Source of the DNA: an uncultured Candidatus Saccharibacteria bacterium
Lineage (GTDB): Bacteria > Patescibacteriota > UBA1384 > XYA2-FULL-43-10 > 1-14-0-10-43-13
NCBI GenBank assembly: GCA_964543385.1
Contig: CAZIYE010000001.1
Coordinates: 551,123 to 615,122, forward strand
DNA: 64,000 bases
Reading direction: 5' to 3'
In this document: piece after piece, positions 20,241 through 27,600 of the stretch
Layout of the letters: each line of letters starts with the position of its first letter
Position numbering within the stretch: position 1 is the first letter of the stretch
Program-made: the position numbers and the translations under genes
The notes under the pieces: generated by a model
What the model saw: only the letters and a program-made list of their open reading frames with translations
Told to the model about the DNA's origin: nothing
Databases searched by the model: none

Positions 20241-20762
20241 TTAATTCGTTGAGATTGCATCTACTGTTGCCATTGAACTTATTTTATTAGAGGTAAAATT
20301 GTCTTTTATTCTGATAATTTTTCCATTTATGGATATGACTTTGTCTGCGCTTATTATTCTTTCCGCAAAAAGGTGTTTGATATAAAACTTAACAATTGCA
20401 AGATTTCCAGTCTCAATTAGGAAGTCATATACATAACCGATATACGTGCCACTGCTCGTCTCAACTCTCTGATTTATACCAAAGACTTTTCTTTTAATCA
20501 GCTTTTCTAACTGGATTGATTCGTCTAAATCTACAATTGACTCTATGTCATTTATCATAATCCCGTCCTTGAGAAGATGAACAATATCAATATTAAGGAC
20601 AAATTTATCCTTTTGAAAAGACCAAAAGGGCATATCTACCGCAATGGCCGCAATTGAGATTGAGCTATCGTCAATAATGACTTCTGAGATTCGCCCTATT
20701 TTGGTTTGATCTCTTAATTCAGCGACCGTCGATCCAATAATAGAAGTATATCGAACTATCAT
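20241..20762 (-). CDS. PRC-barrel domain protein (two PRC-like repeats), hypothetical
   Basis: IIGSTVAELRDQTKIGRISEVIID and VFGINQRVETSSGTYIGYVYDFLIE resemble PRC-barrel / RimM C-terminal-like folds. Confidence 0.4.
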   Translation of the reverse strand: MIVRYTSIIGSTVAELRDQTKIGRISEVIIDDSSISIAAIAVDMPFWSFQKDKFVLNIDIVHLLKDGIMINDIESIVDLDESIQLEKLIKRKVFGINQRVETSSGTYIGYVYDFLIETGNLAIVKFYIKHLFAERIISADKVISINGKIIRIKDNFTSNKISSMATVDAISTN

Positions 20763-20781
20763 CTATGCCTTAGTTAATTTG

Positions 20782-20815
20782 TTATGGATTGATTTATTCT
20801 TTAATCAATCCATAA
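20782..20815. promoter_or_regulatory. Perfect 11-bp inverted repeat TTATGGATTGA-N12-TCAATCCATAA between efp and the PRC-barrel gene
   Basis: Direct read. AT-rich palindrome with no U-tail, so it is a possible operator or RNA processing site rather than an intrinsic terminator. Confidence 0.4.
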
Positions 20816-20825
20816 ACATATAAAC

Positions 20826-21383
20826 CTAGGCTCTTTCTACGTAGCTTCCGTCGGAGGTGTTAACAACAATTTTATCGCCTTCTTTGATAAAAATTGGTGC
20901 ATCGATAATAGTTCCAGTAGACAGGGTAACTTTTTTAGTAATACTTCCTGCAGAATTGCCTTTAACAGCAGGTGGAGCAGAGATAATATCAAAGGTCATT
21001 TTGATTGGTAGTTCAATATTCAGTGGCTCGTCGCCAAAGTATAATATATCAACATTCGAATTATCAATCAGAAATTGTTTCTGATCTCCAATTTTCTGCA
21101 ATGGCAATGTAAATTGCTCATATGTTTCGTTGTCCATAAAGTATGCATCCTGCTCGTCAAAATACAAATACATTACGACTTTTTTGCTCAGATCGGCTTC
21201 TTCAACCTTGTCAGCCCCCTGAAAGGTTTTATCTATATTGCCGCCAGTTCTTAAATTCTTTAGCTTTGTCTTTACAACAGCGCCACCACGCCCCATTTTG
21301 GAATGTGAATAAGAGATGACAATATATGGATCACCATCCAGGGTCAATTTAGCGCCAGTTTTTAAATCAGTGATACCTAACAT
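20826..21383 (-). CDS. efp: Translation elongation factor P
   Basis: MLGITDLKTGAKLTLDGDPYIVISYSHSKMGRGGAVVKTKLKNLRTGG. 185 aa. Confidence 0.9.
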   Translation of the reverse strand: MLGITDLKTGAKLTLDGDPYIVISYSHSKMGRGGAVVKTKLKNLRTGGNIDKTFQGADKVEEADLSKKVVMYLYFDEQDAYFMDNETYEQFTLPLQKIGDQKQFLIDNSNVDILYFGDEPLNIELPIKMTFDIISAPPAVKGNSAGSITKKVTLSTGTIIDAPIFIKEGDKIVVNTSDGSYVERA

Positions 21384-21399
21384 AAATAAGTTCCTTTCA

Positions 21400-21480
21400 T
21401 ACTAAATACAGATTGAACAGATTACAGATTAACAGCATATAAACCTCTTTTGTATCTGTTATTCGAGTGATCTGTATTCT
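21400..21480 (-). promoter_or_regulatory. Repeat-rich imperfect hairpin after rpsR (ACAGATT x3 facing ATCTGT x3). Candidate terminator/attenuator of the rpsF-ssb-rpsR operon, or the efp promoter region.
   Basis: atacagattgaacagattacagattaacag ... tgtatctgttattcgagtgatctgtattctgtatg. Confidence 0.3.
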
Positions 21481-21487
21481 GTATGTC

Positions 21488-21694
21488 TTAGCGAACTGTA
21501 AAAGGTAGAAGAGCTAAAAATCTTGCTCTCTTGATAGCGCGCTCTACTTGTCTTTGGTGTTTAGCGCAGTTACTGTTACGACTTGCTGGTTGAATTTTAT
21601 TCCAACGATCTAAATAACGTCCTAAAGTTGTGATGTCTTTATAATCAACCTCAGTCATCTTGGCAGCACATATTAAACATTTTTTTCTTGACAT
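21488..21694 (-). CDS. rpsR: 30S ribosomal protein S18
   Basis: MSRKKCLICAAKMTEVDYKDITTLGRYLDRWNKI...RARFLALLPF. Confidence 0.9.
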   Translation of the reverse strand: MSRKKCLICAAKMTEVDYKDITTLGRYLDRWNKIQPASRNSNCAKHQRQVERAIKRARFLALLPFTVR

Positions 21695-21712
21695 AATTTT
21701 CCTTAAAAAGTA

Positions 21713-22147
21713 TTAAAATGGTATTTCTTCTATATCTATTTCTTCTTCGTTCTTCGGCGCAGATTGAGCGATATTTTCCACTGGATTGCTTGCCTTTGGA
21801 GTATAGCTTCCTTTGCCTCTGCTTCCTAGAGCGATGATGCTTTCAGCAATAATCTCTGTTTTGTATCTTTTCACACCGTCTTGACCTTCCCAATTTCGTG
21901 TCTGGATTCTACCTTCGACGAAGACAGGATCGCCCTTTTTTATCATTGGGGTCACATTTTCTGCTTGTTTTCCCCAGACAACAACGTCATGGTATTCTGT
22001 GGCTTCGCCATCAGTACCGTCCTGATTCTTCCATCTTCGATTTGTCGCAACTGCGAAGTTCGCAACTGCTTGACCGTTCGGAGTGAATCTCATCTCAGGG
22101 TCTCTGGTCATATTTCCAAGTATTTGAGCTCTGTTCAAATTAAGCAT
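21713..22147 (-). CDS. ssb: Single-stranded DNA-binding protein
   Basis: OB-fold N-terminus (LNRAQILGNMTRDPEMRFTPNGQAVANFAVATNRRW) and acidic C-terminal tip EEIDIEEIPF. Confidence 0.9.
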   Translation of the reverse strand: MLNLNRAQILGNMTRDPEMRFTPNGQAVANFAVATNRRWKNQDGTDGEATEYHDVVVWGKQAENVTPMIKKGDPVFVEGRIQTRNWEGQDGVKRYKTEIIAESIIALGSRGKGSYTPKASNPVENIAQSAPKNEEEIDIEEIPF

Positions 22148-22237
22148 AACACCTCACTTTATTGAGAGCTGAGAGTTAAGTGTTTAGAGATTATTTTTTA
22201 AAATACTCTCAACTCTATACTCTAAACACTGAGCTAA

Positions 22238-22924
22238 TTATAACTCATCTTTCAAGATATCGTCGAGCTCATCGTTCAATTTTGAAAGTCTCTCAACTTC
22301 ATCGTTGACTTTTTCTTTCTTAGCAGCTTTTGGAGCAGAAGCCTTTTTTTCTGGCTTAGCCTCTACTACTTCCTCTGTTTTCTCTTTCTTAGCAGCTTTT
22401 GGAGCAGAAGCCTTTTTTTCTGGCTTAGCCTCTACTACTTCTTCTTCTTCTACCTGAATCTCTTCTTTTGCAGCTTCTTCAACGACTTCTGCTTTTTCTT
22501 CTTGGCGCTTTGCCATTAGGCTTTTGCTATCTTTGGTTTCTCCTATAATAGCTTCAAATGATTTTTCGCCACCGACAACTTCTTCGATCTCATTTGCTTG
22601 AGCGATCTCCTCAGCAGAAAGGCTTATTTTTTCATTGCTGAGCTCTTTGATAATCATTAACTGGCGAAGAACACCATCAATGTGTCGAAGGTCTTTCTCA
22701 AATTCGATTGCCTTGTTTGCTGGCAAATCAAAATAAAGGGTAACGTAAGTAGCAAAATCCTGTTTTTTAATAGGATATGCCAACTTTCTTCGTCCCCAAA
22801 TGTCTTCCTTGGTAGTCTTCCCGCCAAGTTCTTTAACGAAACCGGAAACTTTTCCGGTCACTTTGTTCAAATCACTCTCTGGTACCTCATCAGAAACGAG
22901 GTACGTAAGCTCGTACTTTCTCAA
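22238..22924 (-). CDS. rpsF: 30S ribosomal protein S6 with a long charged C-terminal extension containing a 23-aa tandem repeat
   Basis: S6 core MRKYELTYLVSDE...ATYVTLYFDLP... followed by about 125 aa rich in E/K/A, with EEVVEAKPEKKASAPKAAKKEK duplicated. Confidence 0.85.
   Translation of the reverse strand: MRKYELTYLVSDEVPESDLNKVTGKVSGFVKELGGKTTKEDIWGRRKLAYPIKKQDFATYVTLYFDLPANKAIEFEKDLRHIDGVLRQLMIIKELSNEKISLSAEEIAQANEIEEVVGGEKSFEAIIGETKDSKSLMAKRQEEKAEVVEEAAKEEIQVEEEEVVEAKPEKKASAPKAAKKEKTEEVVEAKPEKKASAPKAAKKEKVNDEVERLSKLNDELDDILKDEL
22319..22440 (-). repeat. 69-nt tandem duplication (2 copies) within the rpsF 3' extension
   Basis: cttagcagcttttggagcagaagcctttttttctggcttagcctctactactt is repeated with a 69-nt period. 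Confidence 0.8.
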
Positions 22925-23068
22925 TGTGCTCCTTTCATGGCGCCGATTCGGTCAGAATTTCTTCTTAGTCCGCTTGAGATCGAACATCGGCTCTCCCGTC
23001 ATACAACAGGAGAAAAGTTAATTAATTTGTATGCTGACAATAGCAGAAAATATGTAAAAGCGCAAGTT

Positions 23069-24154
23069 TTATACGTTGAATCTAAATACTACGACGTCGC
23101 CGTCTTTCATTACATAATTTTTGCCTTCAGTGCGGACCAGACCATGTGATTTGGCGCCTAACCAGCCACTCTGTGCATAAATATCCTGCCAGGGAACTAT
23201 TTCCGCAGCAATAAAGCCTTTTTCAAAGTCACCATGTATTGCTCCTGCTGCCTTTGGCGCAGTGTCGCCTTGATGAATTGTCCAAGCACGAGTTTCGTCT
23301 TCACCAGTCGTCAAATAGGTTTGAAGCCCTAATGTTTTAAAAGCCTCTTTTATTAAGCGATTTAGGCCAGAATCTGTTATCCCTAGAGTTTCGAGGTATT
23401 CACTCTTTTCTGGGTCTGTAAGATCATTTAATTCTGCTTCAAGCTTGGCAGAAATCGGAATAAATTGATCGGATTTCTCAGCAGAGATTACCTTTTTCCA
23501 CGAGTTATCTGCAAGCTGTTCTTCGCTGACATTAGCTATATATATAATAGGTTTTTGTGTCATCAGGCCAAGACCTTTTAGAACCTCTTTCTCCTGTTCG
23601 CTAAGGTCTGCTTCTCGAGCATTTTTACCAGCATAAAGCTGATCCTTTATCTTTTGCAGGCCAGAATGGGCAAATTTAGACTCTTTGCTGCCTGATTTAA
23701 GCTCTTTTTCGATAGAGAAAAGTCTTTTCTCTACAGTCGAAATATCGGCAAGTTGGAGCTCAGTTTCTATTGTTGAGATATCATCAAAAGGGTTGATCTT
23801 GCCGTCGACATGAGTCACATTGTCGTCGACAAAAAATCTAGTGACCATGCCGACAGCGTCACATTCTCGGATATGGGCAAGGAATTTATTGCCAAGACCT
23901 TCTCCCTTGGAGGCACCACGAACAAGTCCTGCAATATCAACGAATTCGACGACAGCCGGTACAATCTTTTTTGATTTAGAAATTTCAGCCAATGGTTTCA
24001 AGCGCTCATCGGGAACCTCGACAATACCAACATTTGGCTCAATAGTGCAAAAAGGATAATTTGCTGCTTCTGCGTGAGAGCCCTTTACTAGAGCGTTGAA
24101 AAGTGTAGATTTACCTACATTTGGCAGTCCGACGATACCTATCTTTAATGACAT
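23069..24154 (-). CDS. ychF: Ribosome-binding ATPase YchF (Obg-family GTPase)
   Basis: MSLKIGIVGLPNVGKSTLFNAL...NYPFCTIEPNVGIV. TGS-like C-terminus. 361 aa. Confidence 0.9.
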   Translation of the reverse strand: MSLKIGIVGLPNVGKSTLFNALVKGSHAEAANYPFCTIEPNVGIVEVPDERLKPLAEISKSKKIVPAVVEFVDIAGLVRGASKGEGLGNKFLAHIRECDAVGMVTRFFVDDNVTHVDGKINPFDDISTIETELQLADISTVEKRLFSIEKELKSGSKESKFAHSGLQKIKDQLYAGKNAREADLSEQEKEVLKGLGLMTQKPIIYIANVSEEQLADNSWKKVISAEKSDQFIPISAKLEAELNDLTDPEKSEYLETLGITDSGLNRLIKEAFKTLGLQTYLTTGEDETRAWTIHQGDTAPKAAGAIHGDFEKGFIAAEIVPWQDIYAQSGWLGAKSHGLVRTEGKNYVMKDGDVVVFRFNV

Positions 24155-24246
24155 TTGTTCCTTTTACGTTTACTTTCAAATAATAATATTTAAAAAACTC
24201 CGGCTAAATATACCAGATCTAAGCGTATTTGTGAACAAGCAAGCAT

Positions 24247-24275
24247 TTGACTAGCAAGAAATTTAGGGGTATAAA
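24247..24275 (+). promoter_or_regulatory. Near-consensus promoter TTGACT-17-TATAAA for the GC-rich islet 2 small ORF
   Basis: catTTGACTagcaagaaatttaggggTATAAAaat. Confidence 0.45.
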
Positions 24276-24332
24276 AATACTTAATCAACCCCCAAGGTTG
24301 ACCATCCAAACCCCATAGGAGGTCACTGTATC

Positions 24333-24497
24333 ATGGCTAGCAAGCCGACAGGTAAAGGTTTCACCTCGTCGCAGATGAAATCTCGAAGGCTCAAGGAGCA
24401 GCGGCAAAAGCGCCGTGAAAGCGAAGCGCTCGAAAAGGCGCGACGTAATCGCGAATCGCAGATGCGGCAACAGGCCCGCCGGTGGCAACCGGCATAA
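24333..24497 (+). CDS. Small highly basic ORF (54 aa) in GC-rich islet 2 (hypothetical; under 60 aa, so absent from the ORF track)
   Basis: Strong SD atAGGAGGtcactgtatcATG. Product MASKPTGKGFTSSQMKSRRLKEQRQKRRESEALEKARRNRESQMRQQARRWQPA. Arginines use CGN codons, unlike host genes. Followed by a GC hairpin. Confidence 0.3.
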   Translation: MASKPTGKGFTSSQMKSRRLKEQRQKRRESEALEKARRNRESQMRQQARRWQPA

Positions 24498-24526
24498 CTT
24501 AGCGCACTAATGCGCACTCATACTAT

Positions 24527-24565
24527 CGGCTCCCTGCACCTCGTGTACGGGAGCCGAAGTCTTTT
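24527..24565 (+). terminator. GC-rich hairpin plus U-tract after the islet 2 ORF (CGGCTCCC-N14-GGGAGCCG aagtcttttc)
   Basis: Perfect 8-bp stem with a U-rich tail. A small GCGCA-ctaa-TGCGC hairpin lies just upstream. Confidence 0.45.
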
Positions 24566-24658
24566 CAGTCAAGTTTTTATTACATGAAATTGCTATTTTA
24601 TTGCAATATATTTCCGTTTTGTTGTTAGCATAATTGCTTTTTAGTATACTTAAAAGCA

Positions 24659-27600
24659 ATGACTACAGAAGATGGGGACAAACCAATTGCGGTAGCCGAA
24701 AATCCCGCAGAAGGAAGCGAACTGGAGGAAATCGAAGCATCGGATACCGCTTTGCTGCACAGTGATTTTGATGTGGCTGTTTCTGAGGTTGTGAGTCGAC
24801 AGGAAATAGCGGCTGCAGTTTTTGATGAAGAACAAACCATTTTATCGCAGGCAAGCTCAACGGAAGAATTTATTGGAATTGAGAATGAGACAATCCCGAT
24901 CGAATTAGTGGCTAGTATCCAGGGGATTGAAAAATTATTTGAAGAAATTGACGTAATTGATATTAAGGAATTCCCATCACTGATCCTTAAAATCAAGATA
25001 CTTGCTGATGAAGCAAAAAAATTGCTCAAAAAGTCAGAGGATGGTCTTCAGGCTAGTGGAGGTGAACTTCTTGGTATTGAAAGTGAAATCAAGAAAAAAA
25101 CAACTACTCTGAGTGAGGAAAATGAAAAAGATTTTTGGGGAAAACTTTTCCGCATTGGAGAGCGCAGTTCGCTTAAGAAAGCAATAAAAGATTTGAAGGT
25201 CAAAGAAGGCAAAATTTCTACGATTAAAGATGATCAATTAGGCAGAAAAACTGATGCCGAAAAATTATTAAGAAAAGTTGAAAAATATCTTGATGATACC
25301 ATTGTCAAACTTGTCACTAAGATTTTCCAAAGTTTAAAAGCTGAAACTGAAAAAACTAGAGAAAAAATGACTGATCCGCGGCTAAGAGCTGGTATGAATG
25401 AGCAGCTCGTCGATTCAGAATTTTTACCACTTTTTGAGCAACTAAAATTAGAGGGGAAATATTTTAGCGATGAGGAGATATCCTTTTATCTGCAGCACAG
25501 AAAAGAAATTGCCAGAGACGGGATTCAAGATACGTATAGTATGTCAGCTGAAGATCGAGAAGCATATGAAGCCAAATTTGATCAAATCAGAAAATTAGAG
25601 GAAAGAAGTGGCTATAAATTATACTGGAAGTCAACGGCCCTGAGTCTCGATCCTGATCGAGGTTCGACACCAGATGAGAGATATGACGATATTTTCAAAT
25701 TGTTAACAGAAATAGGTTTGCGCCAAAAAGTTGATGCCGTTCTTGATCTTGTGGGTGATCTTGGTATAAGCACTGAAGCAAAAACGAAAATCTATACTGA
25801 AACGAAGAAGGAGTTCTTGGAATATTATTATAGTTATCAAGATCTAGATAAACGCCCAGACATTCAAGTCTACGCTGATTTTTGTGAAATGCCGGGAGAA
25901 TTGGGAAGATGGCAAACAACTAGGGATATTTGTATAGAGTCCGGCCTGATTGATGAGGCAACTTTCCATCAAGCCGAGGAAATACTAATAGACTATTTAC
26001 AGCAAAAATATCTTAGTAAAAAAGGTGGGGAACCAGATACACAAGTCGAACAGGTTTTTAACTTGGGTAATCCCGGGGTAATCCCCGTTCTTTATCAGTT
26101 TGTAGTTTTGCACGGTAGCCACTCAGGCGAACGGGCAATGAGGCGTCTTCTTACGCTAATAGACGAAAAATATTCCCACGAAGAGGTGCTACAGTCAACC
26201 AAAGATTTGCCAGGTGATGACCAAAAAATTTTTGAGTTGCTCCTTGATAAGGACTCATGTCTTAATAGATTTGCTAGAGAAAGCTATTTATGGACAATGT
26301 TTGGTTACCTGGGAGATCCAAAAAAAACTCTGAGGAATGAGGCATACACCCAGAAATTGCTTGATAGTGGATACCCAGAAGACAAAGCAGCCGAGTTTTT
26401 TACCGGTAGGTGGTGGGGGAAGGACTTACTTATCGGTTGCGTTGAAATTGCCGAGGTCTTGGGCATAGATAAGGAGATAATTATCGAAGATTATTTCAAA
26501 GACATCACTCGTTCAGTTTACCTTGAAAGTCCAGATTCTTTAGAGATTATTGGGTTAGTAGCAAAAGAGCTGGGAGTGCCAGCTCTAGAAATTTATCACC
26601 GCATTGAGTCTGAGATGGTGCGAAGTAAAGAAGATAAGCAAAGCGTTCATTCTCCGCAGGGCATTATTGAATCTTGCAGAGTTTTGTCTGACATTACCGG
26701 CGAAAGCTTGAAAGCTGTGGTTGATCGATACTATCCAATCAAGGCTATTCCAACGTATCAAGAAAAGTACGCTGAAATATTTGAGGAATTAGCACAGATA
26801 CTAGAGGTGCCAGTCGGCTCTCTTGTTTTAGAGAATCTCTTACCACAATTGTCATCCAAAAGGGGAGATAGAGGCGGACTCTATATTGTCAATAGCAAGG
26901 ATAAAAGAAATTTTTTATTCAATTCTGTTAGCTCTTTTTTACAAACCAATCCCGTACTTAGTTCCACAGAAGATTATTGCAAAATTTTCAACCTATTCGA
27001 TGAATTAAATAAAGATTGGTTGGGCTCTGATTTTGAAAAATTTTCTGATGAAGAAAAAGAGAAGATAAATTCAGGCAAAGTTGATCTTGCTAGATCCTTT
27101 GGAGAGATTTTAGCAAAAGGCGGAAATCGAGAAGAGATTATTCGGGCAATTCGGGCATTTGCTCCGGTTATATCTCTGGATGACTCAAAGTATGCTGAAA
27201 TATTTACTCTTTTGGCTGAAACAATGGAAATGGCTCCAGAGTCGTTGGTATCAGAAACGCTTATTTTCGACGAAAAGCTCGGACTTATTCTACCAAAAAT
27301 CAAAAAAAGTGACTCAAGGTGTTTGATCGGAAAGGCACTTTTTGAATTGGCCAAAACCGATCGAGTCCTAAGTTCTGCCAAAGAGATTAAAAAAGTTTTT
27401 AATGCTTTGTCGGCCCTCCAGTTGATTGGGGCAGAAGAAGATCCATCTGATGAAGAAATCAAGGTTATTTTTGAAACAAAGGAATACCTGATTGGCTATG
27501 TGAGGGAAAAAATGAAGAATGATCCAAATAAAATAGACATAATTGGAACACTTATTTCCCTCAAATCAGTTACCTTCCAAGACTTGTTGCTATTTTCATC

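Noticed and set aside
24285-24517. Two overlapping minus-strand ORFs (67 and 64 aa) in the track inside GC-rich islet 2
   Set aside because: They lack any SD, run antisense to the promoter, SD, ORF and terminator arrangement on the plus strand, and are typical GC-driven open frames.
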